A stretch of DNA of 30,325 bases from the IMG/VR virus record IMGVR_UViG_3300027711_000013, positions 1 through 30,325 of that record; one strand, written 5' to 3'. This DNA comes from a virus. Taxonomy: Duplodnaviria; Caudoviricetes. Numbering within the stretch: the stretch's first letter is position 1; each line of letters starts with the position of its first letter. The notes beneath the pieces were generated by a model, which did no database searches, was not told where the DNA came from, and was given only the letters and a program-made list of their open reading frames with translations. Shown in pieces: positions 17,611 to 24,856 of the stretch. Position numbers and translations under genes: made by a program.

Positions 17611-17916
17611 CTACCGGCTCCGGCCGGTCATGTCGTTGATAGTGGAGCGGGTGATCTCCAGATCGAACGCCCGCTTAATCTCGGTGGCGGTGAAGCCTGC
17701 CTCCTTCAGGGTGATGATCATGGCCCGTTGCAGGTTGCTGGCCTTGGCATTGTGGTGTGCCTCTCCGTAGAGCCGGCCATTCAGGCCAAGGGCGCGGCGG
17801 CGGCGGGCAACTGACTGCACGCTGCGTCCGGGCAACTGGCTGGCTATCTCCCGGGCGGAAACCACGCCGGCCAGCTCCCGGATCACCTTGTCCTCGCTGT
17901 CAGTCCAGCGGCTCAC
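17611..17916 (-). CDS. Double helix-turn-helix DNA-binding protein
   Basis: Probable GTG start at 17916 after GGAG; Myb/SANT-like WT.SED..IREL...EIA..LPGRS..SV, then GE.H.NAK and a second HTH (TATEIKRAFDLEITRSTI). Confidence 0.65.
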   Translation of the reverse strand: MSRWTDSEDKVIRELAGVVSAREIASQLPGRSVQSVARRRRALGLNGRLYGEAHHNAKASNLQRAMIITLKEAGFTATEIKRAFDLEITRSTINDMTGRSR

Positions 17917-18217
17917 TGCGGTCTCCCTCATGCGTCAACGCCTTCAGCGACTGAATGCGGTCGATCAGCTGCTGCTCCTTAACGTGCGATTCAGCCCGGT
18001 GCTCCTCAAGCGCCTGCTCTGCTGCTGCCAGTTGGGCGGCGCGCGGGTCGGCCAGATCGGCCTCGTTGTACTCGACCGTTGTCGTCGTCTCACCGACCAG
18101 GACAAGCCAGCTGCAACAAACCAGCTGTATAGTCGAGTACACCACCTCGCCGGAATCGGTGTTCCGGTAAATGAAAATCTTGACGTTATCCTTGACGGTA
18201 TGTTTGATATTCGACAT
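17900..18217 (-). CDS. Hypothetical phage protein
   Basis: 105 aa, GAGG RBS, C-terminal coiled coil. Confidence 0.7.
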   Translation of the reverse strand: MSNIKHTVKDNVKIFIYRNTDSGEVVYSTIQLVCCSWLVLVGETTTTVEYNEADLADPRAAQLAAAEQALEEHRAESHVKEQQLIDRIQSLKALTHEGDRSEPLD

Positions 18218-18247
18218 GATTACCTCGGTTTCTCCTTGTTGACTTTT

Positions 18248-18271
18248 AGCCCCTCAAAAGAGGGGCTTTTT
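18248..18271 (+). terminator. GC hairpin with its T-tract on the + strand (antisense to local genes)
   Basis: agcccctc-aaaa-gaggggct followed by tttt; no U-tract on the - strand. Confidence 0.5.
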
Positions 18272-18317
18272 ATTGCTTCGTTGGGCGCCACGGCTTGGGC
18301 GATGGTGCGGCTGGATT

Positions 18318-18533
18318 TCAGTTGGAGCTGCAGAACGATTCCCACAGCTGGTTTCCCAGCTCGCGCGCTTCCTCACAGCTTGATGTTGAGATTCCATCTA
18401 TGGTTGTCACGGTGGTCGTACCAATGGTGACAGTGTGACCTTTCCCCTCCAGCCATTCTGCGTATTGCTTGGTGTCTTCGTCGGTTCCAGCTGCGTCGAA
18501 TGCCAGCTCGATGGTGTGGGTGCTATTGCTCAT
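18318..18533 (-). CDS. Small acidic hypothetical protein, first gene after a repeated promoter
   Basis: 71 aa, AGGAG RBS. Confidence 0.7.
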   Translation of the reverse strand: MSNSTHTIELAFDAAGTDEDTKQYAEWLEGKGHTVTIGTTTVTTIDGISTSSCEEARELGNQLWESFCSSN

Positions 18534-18580
18534 GGTGTCTCTCCTGTTGCGTTACCGGCGTTTCCCGCCCTGTTGGATAT

Positions 18581-18619
18581 AGTATTGCAAAGACCCGCAT
18601 GACTTGCAAGTATTTTTTT
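18581..18619 (-). promoter_or_regulatory. sigma70-like promoter, repeat copy 1
   Basis: A-tract, then TTGCAA-N17-AATACT; shares AAAAATACTTGCA with copies 2 and 3. Confidence 0.7.
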
Positions 18620-18633
18620 ATAAATAATCCATT

Positions 18634-18657
18634 AAAAAAGCCCGGCGATGACCGGGC
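18634..18657 (-). terminator. Rho-independent terminator
   Basis: gcccgg-tcatcg-ccgggc followed by TTTTTT on the - strand, downstream of the 18688 stop. Confidence 0.85.
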
Positions 18658-18687
18658 CTGGCTGTTACACCTCCAGCGGCTTGCCGC

Positions 18688-19080
18688 TCATGTAGTGCTC
18701 GCCATCATTCCCATTGGCCCGATGTTCTCCATGCGCCGCTCGCCCTCTTCCCAGACATTCGGCGTGTCCGGGTGTGCGGTGTAGAGTTCGTTGATGATGG
18801 GGCGGGTCCGGTCTCGTGCAGCTGACTCGCCAGCCAGCGCGAAGTACGCCGCGCCGTCCTCATAGGAATCCATGCGCAAGCCGCCCTGCTGGCTACGGAC
18901 AGCCTTCAGCAGTGCCATGAACAGCCAGCCCTGCTCCTCGGTCAGCTGGTGGCCGGTGACAGCCTTGAACGCATCTACGGTCGCGCCCATGCTGCGCTCG
19001 CCTTCCGGTTTATCGTATGTAGCCGCCCGGTCTTGCATGTGGCCGGCTGCGGCTTCGAGTATGTCGTGGGCGGTGGTCAT
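18688..19080 (-). CDS. DUF6378-like protein
   Basis: IL..A.....DR...YD.P.GERS, GWLFM.LLK.VR and DSY.D.AAY.AL.GE pattern. Confidence 0.7.
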   Translation of the reverse strand: MTTAHDILEAAAGHMQDRAATYDKPEGERSMGATVDAFKAVTGHQLTEEQGWLFMALLKAVRSQQGGLRMDSYEDGAAYFALAGESAARDRTRPIINELYTAHPDTPNVWEEGERRMENIGPMGMMASTT

Positions 19081-19808
19081 TTCTCGCGCTCCTTGAGCAT
19101 GGCGTCGGCAAATGCGTAAGCATCTGAGGCCACCGGCTCGGCGCCGATATAGTCGTATTGGGTTCTGCTCATCTTTGAGACGATTGACTGCATTGCCTTC
19201 GCCGCAAAATAATCGCGCAGGGACATGCCATCATACGGACCATGCCCTTGGTAGCTTTCCCCTGGGTTCAGTGGGACCGGAAACGCCGGACCACTTGTGT
19301 TCTTGTTCATTGCCTCGCCCGCCTTAACAAACGCCCCGCCCGGAATCATTCGCCCCTTGCGGTCTTTTATTTCGTTCCAAGCGTGGGTGTAGCATTCCTC
19401 GAATGTGAAACCGGCACGCTCGGCGAGGTCTTGCAGCGCATAAAAGGCTCCTTCAAATTGCCCGGATGCGTACTCTTTTGGATTATAAGTCGCGAGCCCT
19501 GACGCAATGCGGCCGATAACGTCAGCCATGACAGCCACGCACTCCTGAAGATCCTCTGGCATGACGTTTTCGCCCGGATCTTCCATCACAACCGTGAGGC
19601 CCTTCATCTTCGCCACATTAACAAGGCAGACAGCAATATCACCAATATCATCCTTAATGGCGTCGCGGTCGCCCTTGATAGCGTGGTCTGCAAGCTCGCC
19701 CAGCTCCGATACCGCTTTAAGGCACTGAGCCAGCGCGGTGCTGTGCTCGTAGATGCCGCGATCCTGCGCCCATTGTTCTACGCTTGCCTTGAATTCTTGG
19801 AATGTCAT
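19077..19808 (-). CDS. MazG-like NTP pyrophosphohydrolase fused to a small phage domain
   Basis: WA.DRGI, SELGELA, IKDDIGD..V and AWNEIKDRKG motifs; C-terminal GPAFP...GMSLRDYFAAKAMQ...AY..ADAML domain. Confidence 0.85.
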   Translation of the reverse strand: MTFQEFKASVEQWAQDRGIYEHSTALAQCLKAVSELGELADHAIKGDRDAIKDDIGDIAVCLVNVAKMKGLTVVMEDPGENVMPEDLQECVAVMADVIGRIASGLATYNPKEYASGQFEGAFYALQDLAERAGFTFEECYTHAWNEIKDRKGRMIPGGAFVKAGEAMNKNTSGPAFPVPLNPGESYQGHGPYDGMSLRDYFAAKAMQSIVSKMSRTQYDYIGAEPVASDAYAFADAMLKEREK

Positions 19809-19858
19809 TCCTCGCTTCTCCTATCCTGTCGATTACTACCAATCAACGGCTTCTGCCC

Positions 19859-20254
19859 TCATCCCTCCAGAAGCGCCCGTGCTTGATCCTTGAGTCCGAG
19901 TTCCTCGGCGTAATGCATAAAGCATGAACGGTCGCCCTGCAGCTTCTCGTCGGCAACAGCCGCCTCATGCTTAGCAATGGTCGCGTCTCGGTCGGCCTCG
20001 GATATAACGCCAAGGTAGTGAAGGCAGCTGGCAAGACCAGGCAGCCATCCCCACCGCCAGCCGACATACGAATAAGAGCTGGTCGGAACCTTGCCAGCAC
20101 CATACAGCGCACCGCGCTGTCCGGCCACCAGCACAACGCCATTGAACTCGATAACGCGGGCGTTCTTGATACCGCCCTTCGGCAGCTTCTTGATTGTGAT
20201 AGACCGTTGCTCACCTTCAGCGGTCATTATTCTTACCCATGCGCCTTTACTCAT
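19859..20254 (-). CDS. Hypothetical phage protein
   Basis: 131 aa, GAGG RBS, TGATG coupling to the upstream small ORF. Confidence 0.7.
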   Translation of the reverse strand: MSKGAWVRIMTAEGEQRSITIKKLPKGGIKNARVIEFNGVVLVAGQRGALYGAGKVPTSSYSYVGWRWGWLPGLASCLHYLGVISEADRDATIAKHEAAVADEKLQGDRSCFMHYAEELGLKDQARALLEG

Positions 20255-20421
20255 CACGATTTCCTCTTATCTCGGTTGTTTGTCAACAGAGGTGCCTGCC
20301 CGGGCTTTAGCAGCCACTCAAACATCCTGCCGCACCCGACACACTGGCGGCGACTCATGCTGCGCAGGGCCACCAGCGGGCTGCCGCAGCGTGGGCAGGG
20401 TTTGCCGCGTGGTTCATCCAT
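20254..20421 (-). CDS. Small zinc-ribbon protein (55 aa, below the ORF-track cutoff)
   Basis: Translated by hand as MDEPRGKPCPRCGSPLVALRSMSRRQCVGCGRMFEWLLKPGQAPLLTNNRDKRKS; two CxxC pairs; stop overlaps the next ATG. Confidence 0.7.
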   Translation of the reverse strand: MDEPRGKPCPRCGSPLVALRSMSRRQCVGCGRMFEWLLKPGQAPLLTNNRDKRKS

Positions 20422-20635
20422 GACACTGCTCGATCATCATGTCGATCGCCTCGCGCAGCTTGGGCCACTCGTCAGGGTTAACCCGCAGATCGCCACTGCC
20501 AGGATCGGAATCCATGGCACGGATAACGACGAACTCCCCGGCCCCCTCGTCGTCGATCCTGATCGAGTAGGCGCGCTCATCGAAAAGCGGCTCCCCTTCT
20601 GGGACGACGTGTATCCCTGTGGTTCTGATTTTCAT
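20414..20635 (-). CDS. Hypothetical phage protein
   Basis: 73 aa; I.DE.AGEFV.I and NP.EW..LR.AID motifs; ATGA coupling. Confidence 0.7.
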   Translation of the reverse strand: MKIRTTGIHVVPEGEPLFDERAYSIRIDDEGAGEFVVIRAMDSDPGSGDLRVNPDEWPKLREAIDMMIEQCHG

Positions 20636-20961
20636 TTCCCCAGCCTCCGCATCCGCGCCTCAATCCGCGCCTTTTGCCGCTCCAGCCGCTTCATGGCCAA
20701 GGACTGTCGGATCTCGCTGGCAGTCGGCGGCATGGTCGCGCCAGCCAGCACCTTGGCCTGCTCAACAGTCTCGCGGCTGCGCTTTATGGTCTGCTCCAGC
20801 GCCTGCCGGGTGATACCAGCGGCCTCGGCGGCCTTTAGTACGCCAACGCCGCGCATCAACACCATGCGCAGCGCCTGCGTGGATGCGGACGCTTGGCGGA
20901 TAGGCGAATCGAGGGAGCGCAGTTTGCACAGCGCCTGCCAGTGCTCTTCTTTCCACTTCAT
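20632..20961 (-). CDS. TrfB/KorA-like HTH transcriptional regulator
   Basis: GGAGG then ATG 20961; ALRMVLMRG.....AAEAAGITRQAL.QTIKR resembles the TrfB-type HTH. Confidence 0.65.
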   Translation of the reverse strand: MKWKEEHWQALCKLRSLDSPIRQASASTQALRMVLMRGVGVLKAAEAAGITRQALEQTIKRSRETVEQAKVLAGATMPPTASEIRQSLAMKRLERQKARIEARMRRLGK

Positions 20962-21164
20962 ACGCTTGTACCTCCCATAACGCGGCGCATGGTCTTGATA
21001 TTGTCCCGGAGCACCTTGATGCTCCACTCTGCCCGCTTGGTATCGAGCAGCGCCAGGGACTGGATTGATTCGCGGGCTGACTGGATAGCCTGCCTCAGCT
21101 CCGAGTCGCTGAACTCGAAATACGGCACAGGCTGGCCTTTGTAGGCGCGTATGTTTACTGACAC
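20958..21164 (-). CDS. Hypothetical phage protein
   Basis: 68 aa, GTG start, coupled to neighbouring genes. Confidence 0.6.
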   Translation of the reverse strand: MSVNIRAYKGQPVPYFEFSDSELRQAIQSARESIQSLALLDTKRAEWSIKVLRDNIKTMRRVMGGTSV

Positions 21165-21367
21165 TGCTTTTCCCCCTTATATGCAGGCCAGCCGTGCTGG
21201 CCGTTGGTGTCTTTGAACTGCTGAACCATATCGCAGTAGAGGCTGGCTTGGTTTTGCTCCGAGCGCTTGTCCAGAGTATTCACGATGCCGACAGCGGCCA
21301 GAAGGAATACGCCGAACAGGACGATAAGGGTCGTTTTTACTTCTCTGGGGTCTTCGTGGTTGCTCAT
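21155..21367 (-). CDS. Small single-TM membrane protein
   Basis: ATG 21367 (TGATG overlap); TM segment LIVLFGVFLLAAVGIV, then YC.MV..F......GWPAY.G...C. Confidence 0.7.
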   Translation of the reverse strand: MSNHEDPREVKTTLIVLFGVFLLAAVGIVNTLDKRSEQNQASLYCDMVQQFKDTNGQHGWPAYKGEKQCQ

Positions 21368-21576
21368 CACACTTCCCACCCTTCTTTGCGCAGCACTTCG
21401 CCAAGCCGCTTTGCCAGCTCGGTGTGAACGTCTTGATCAAACATGGCTGGCAGCTCATCCGGGCCGTACTGCTCCAGCCCGTCTACCCGGTGGATGGTGG
21501 CGAACAGCTCGCCGTCGTCGAAGAAAGGCTCGACGTGGTAGGTCAAGCCAGCGAATTTGATCTGGTAGTGGTTCAT
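21367..21576 (-). CDS. Hypothetical phage protein
   Basis: 69 aa, AGGAG RBS. Confidence 0.7.
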   Translation of the reverse strand: MNHYQIKFAGLTYHVEPFFDDGELFATIHRVDGLEQYGPDELPAMFDQDVHTELAKRLGEVLRKEGWEV

Positions 21577-21652
21577 GGGTTTCTCCTGTAGTTATAGGTG
21601 CCGGATTGCTCTCCATCCGGCGTAAGTCACACGCTCTTAGCTGGTGTCGCTT

Positions 21653-21775
21653 GATGCAGATGGCCGGAGCTGATCCCGGCATGAACGCCCCTCATACCTC
21701 CCATTCAAGGCTGGATTCGAACCAGCGTTGGGCGTTCTGTTTATGAACCCATCAGCCTGGGCATTCATCTACATC
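21653..21775 (-). ncRNA. C4 antisense RNA-like structured RNA
   Basis: Minus strand GATGTAGATG-AATGCCCAGGCTGATGGG...GCCGGGATCAGCTCCGGC-CATCTGCATC: 10-bp closing stem and two hairpins with complementary GCTGAT/ATCAGC loops, matching the recalled C4 motif. Confidence 0.8.
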
Positions 21776-21845
21776 GAGAAGCGCCCCACCTGATCGGCCC
21801 AGGCAGCCGGGACTTATGCATGCGCTGCCGAGGCGCTTCTCGATG
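21772..21845. repeat. Perfect 14-bp inverted repeat enclosing an inner hairpin
   Basis: catcgagaagcgcc (21772-21785) / ggcgcttctcgatg (21832-21845); inner ggcagc/gctgcc. Confidence 0.85.
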
Positions 21846-21926
21846 CCCTCTGGATATACCGCCATAGGGAGCGGTTCCCGCTTCGACCCATCCGCGACCA
21901 GACGTTGGGGTCTTGGCTTGCAATGG

Positions 21927-21964
21927 ATTATATGCTTTGCTCTGTTGTGGGTGCAAGTATTTTA
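21927..21964 (-). promoter_or_regulatory. sigma70-like promoter, repeat copy 2
   Basis: AAAAATAC-TTGCAC-N18-TATAAT directly after the ibrA-like stop. Confidence 0.75.
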
Positions 21965-23191
21965 TAGTTTCAGCGAGCTAATCTCTATCGCTTCGTTATG
22001 CCTCCGAACCTGCTGTATTGCTTTAAATTTTCCATACGCCTCCGATTTTGGCTGGGTCTGACCAAGGCCCTTGCAGTAGTAATCGTTTCTCAAGATGCAT
22101 CGAGCCATTCTGCGCCAGGACGGAGCCCACTGCTTAACCTCCAGGTCATGCGGCGCTGCGTCCGGTATCTGGTCGTAGCCTCGCTTCTTCCAGCCTGCGA
22201 TAAATTTCTTGAAGCGCTCCCGGTAGTTTTCCTGCATTGGTTTTGGCAGGCTCTTCAAAAGGAAGTTTGTATATTCTTGCCATGTGAATTGATCTGGCTT
22301 GGTTATACGGCTGCTCCCGTTTATGTTGCCTGTTTCTTGAGAATATAATGCGCCGGAATTTACTCCGCTCACGCGGTTCAGAAGCTTGTACCAAGTTTCA
22401 GGCTCAAGTATCTGGTACAGCCAAAGCCCCTTTTTCTGGTCGTCGCCAAAGGGCTGACACAGACGTTGATTGCTGAATTTTACGCCGGCCCTTGTCATAA
22501 GGTCATAAATCTTGTTGTACCGCAGATCTGGGTTTTTCGCATGGAAAAGCCAAATGTCCTCAGTTCGCCAATCATATATTGGGTACAGATTAAACACGCC
22601 CTTGGCTATGCGTGTCGTCCACTTTCGACCATTCATCATCAGTCCGTCTTTCCTTGAGACGATGGCGCGGTAGCGATGCAGGCTTTCATCAGAGCGGATT
22701 CCGATGAAGGCGCCGCAGCTTTTCCCTTGCGCGTACCATGATCCGAAAATCACCATCAGCTCTTCAAACTCCATGCGAGGGACATAGAAGTCGTATTGAG
22801 TGAGGTCCGCCGCCTTTGCCGGCTTCTCACGAACCCACACGTCTTGCTTTTGAGAGTCCCAGGCACACCACTTAGGCTCGAAGTCGGACACGGCATTGCG
22901 CAGAAGAAGCTCGCCACAAACCCAGTGCAGGTCGATACAGTCCGCATATAAATCAACCATCTCATTGATGTGTTCGATTGTTGCGCTGTACTGGGCTTCA
23001 AGGTCAATTATGAGAACGCCAACCTTGCGTCCGCGCCTCCTCGCCTCCTGGCAAACAAGATGCATCATAACCGTCGAGTCTTTTCCGCCTGAAAAGCTAA
23101 TATACAGCCTTTCCAGCGTGTCAAATGATTCGGATATACGCGCTTTCGCTGCCTCCAGTACGCTATGCCCTTGATATACCTTCCTGCTCAT
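21962..23191 (-). CDS. ibrA: IbrA/YbdN-like PAPS-reductase-family (PP-loop) protein with DUF3440-like C-terminus
   Basis: SFSGGKDS PP-loop, IDLEAQY, GIRSDESLHR, PIYDWRTEDIW, QRLCQPFGD and PSWRRMARCILRNDYYCKGL motifs. Confidence 0.9.
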   Translation of the reverse strand: MSRKVYQGHSVLEAAKARISESFDTLERLYISFSGGKDSTVMMHLVCQEARRRGRKVGVLIIDLEAQYSATIEHINEMVDLYADCIDLHWVCGELLLRNAVSDFEPKWCAWDSQKQDVWVREKPAKAADLTQYDFYVPRMEFEELMVIFGSWYAQGKSCGAFIGIRSDESLHRYRAIVSRKDGLMMNGRKWTTRIAKGVFNLYPIYDWRTEDIWLFHAKNPDLRYNKIYDLMTRAGVKFSNQRLCQPFGDDQKKGLWLYQILEPETWYKLLNRVSGVNSGALYSQETGNINGSSRITKPDQFTWQEYTNFLLKSLPKPMQENYRERFKKFIAGWKKRGYDQIPDAAPHDLEVKQWAPSWRRMARCILRNDYYCKGLGQTQPKSEAYGKFKAIQQVRRHNEAIEISSLKL

Positions 23192-24369
23192 CAGTAAATC
23201 TCCACCTGGCGCCCATAGCTCAGCGCTTCATCCATATCAATTGTGGCTCTGCCTGTCATGATCATCCAGTCGTTGATAACATCCAGAGCTACTTCATTTG
23301 CCGCTTGCTGCTGCTCCTCCGTAAGCAGATTGAAGCCGCTACAGAACTTCGACGGTATCCCCGTCTCGTAACACATGGCTGCCTGCCCAATCCATGCAAT
23401 TCTGTTCATGGCGAAATTAGTCAGATAGTGTTCGCATGAATGCGTCCACTCCGTTATCACAGCATTGGCTGCCGAGCGGAAGCGGTCGAGATCCGCCAGA
23501 AAGTCACGATATGCCATGCGGCACTCATCAGCAGTCATGCCGTCAACGCTCTGCTTGTAAAAACCAGCCTTGTGGCACTCCCACTTGTCGTACGTGTGAA
23601 AAACACGGCTCTCTTTATCTTGGTGGGGTATTCGGTACTGATCTATTTCTTCCTGGTCAAGCGCATCGGTGATATCTTCCCAGATCGCCTCCGCATCATC
23701 CGCTTCCCATGCGCGGCTAAAGTCCTTGTCGCTAAACAGATGCTCAAGTCCCGAAATCTGGCACAGACGTAGAACCTCCTCTTCATCCATACCAAGCTCT
23801 TTTGCGATACGAGCATTGCGCCAGTTGCGGTTCTTCAGCTCAATAACAATCTCGCTCATCGCATCAACCTGGTGCTTTCCTCTGGCGCGGTTGTGCCGAA
23901 TTGTTGAGGCCATCCTGTCGTTCTTAGAGCTTTGCTCTGTGCGAATATCCACTACTGGCAGATATCCCATAACGCGCTGCCGCACTGACGGGCTTTCCTT
24001 GCCGACCCGGTTTCGATGGAACCCATCAATGACTTCAATAGCCCCTTTGTCAGGGTTGCTCCATGAAACAATAGGCTGCGTGTATCCGTCATTCACGATG
24101 GACAGTTCGAGGAGCTTCATCTCCGGCGGAGCGACTTTGTTCGGGTTGTAGTCGTTCGCCGTCACCTCTTCATTCTTGACCCATTTGACGTAATCCACCG
24201 GCTCGTTTTTAAACGGGCTGACCTGGTGTAGGATCGCTCTAACCTCATTGAGAGTGGCGATCTTTTCATCAACATCCATGCCTTGTATGCTGCTGGCAAT
24301 CAGTCTTGCCGTGGCGACTGGATCAATACACTCGTCAATACCGCCGAATTCCAATTGCTGCTCTGTCAT
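23191..24369 (-). CDS. ibrB: IbrB/YbdM-like ParB/sulfiredoxin-fold protein with an extra C-terminal domain
   Basis: AGGAG then ATG 24369 (392 aa); SPFKNEPVD, ANDYNPNKVAPPEM.LL..SI..DGYTQPIV, IDGFHR and STIRHNRARGKH motifs plus an HTH; TGATG coupling to ibrA. Confidence 0.9.
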   Translation of the reverse strand: MTEQQLEFGGIDECIDPVATARLIASSIQGMDVDEKIATLNEVRAILHQVSPFKNEPVDYVKWVKNEEVTANDYNPNKVAPPEMKLLELSIVNDGYTQPIVSWSNPDKGAIEVIDGFHRNRVGKESPSVRQRVMGYLPVVDIRTEQSSKNDRMASTIRHNRARGKHQVDAMSEIVIELKNRNWRNARIAKELGMDEEEVLRLCQISGLEHLFSDKDFSRAWEADDAEAIWEDITDALDQEEIDQYRIPHQDKESRVFHTYDKWECHKAGFYKQSVDGMTADECRMAYRDFLADLDRFRSAANAVITEWTHSCEHYLTNFAMNRIAWIGQAAMCYETGIPSKFCSGFNLLTEEQQQAANEVALDVINDWMIMTGRATIDMDEALSYGRQVEIY

Positions 24370-24596
24370 TTCTTTTCTCCTGTCGTGTGGCTCAACAAAT
24401 ATTCCAGGTTGTTGTCTGTCTCGCGCTTCACCCGCTCCACATCCTTCTGCGTCACCGCCACGCACATGCTCCACAGCCTGGCCTCTGACTCGCGCAGGCG
24501 GCGGATGAGGCTCAGCTGTTGCGTGTTCTCGGTGGCGCGGTACTCGGCTTCGAGTTCGCGCAGGAGGTCGTCGGTTATGGATGGGATGGGGGTCAT
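24366..24596 (-). CDS. Hypothetical phage protein
   Basis: 76 aa, GGAGG RBS, ATGA coupling. Confidence 0.7.
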   Translation of the reverse strand: MTPIPSITDDLLRELEAEYRATENTQQLSLIRRLRESEARLWSMCVAVTQKDVERVKRETDNNLEYLLSHTTGEKK

Positions 24597-24856
24597 GGCG
24601 CGTCCTCCCCGAAGGCTTTGGCGATGGCGGCCTTGCCGTTCTCCACAACATTGTGCAAAAGGTTCATATCCAGATCCTCAAGGACATCAACAGCGCACTG
24701 TAGAGCCTCCAGTAACTCAGGCGCGGCGGCGATTAGGCGGGCGTCCTCTTCCGTACCAACCCACGCCAAATATCTTTCCGAGCCATCAAAAATAAGATGA
24801 TCAAACCCCATTGTGGTTGGCGGTGTTTTTTGCGTAAACCATTGCTTCCTTTTCAT
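24593..24856 (-). CDS. Hypothetical protein of the ARLIAAAPELLEAL family
   Basis: ATG 24856 coupled to the upstream stop; DARLIAAAPELLEAL...AAIAKA motif. Confidence 0.7.
   Translation of the reverse strand: MKRKQWFTQKTPPTTMGFDHLIFDGSERYLAWVGTEEDARLIAAAPELLEALQCAVDVLEDLDMNLLHNVVENGKAAIAKAFGEDAP

Noticed and set aside
16106-17770. 554-aa + strand ORF
   Set aside because: Antisense shadow of several coupled - strand genes; no motifs, no RBS, Arg/Ala/Pro-rich composition
19967-20980. 337-aa + strand ORF
   Set aside because: Shadow of coupled - strand genes that have good RBSs
21700-21730. tRNA gene suggested by GGTTCGAATCC
   Set aside because: Only a T-arm is present; I could not build D-arm, anticodon arm or acceptor stem around it, and it lies inside the C4-like scaffold
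24370-24651. 94-aa N-terminal extension of the IbrB-like ORF in the track
   Set aside because: Overlaps two other plausible genes; the ATG at 24369 has an AGGAG RBS and ATGA coupling
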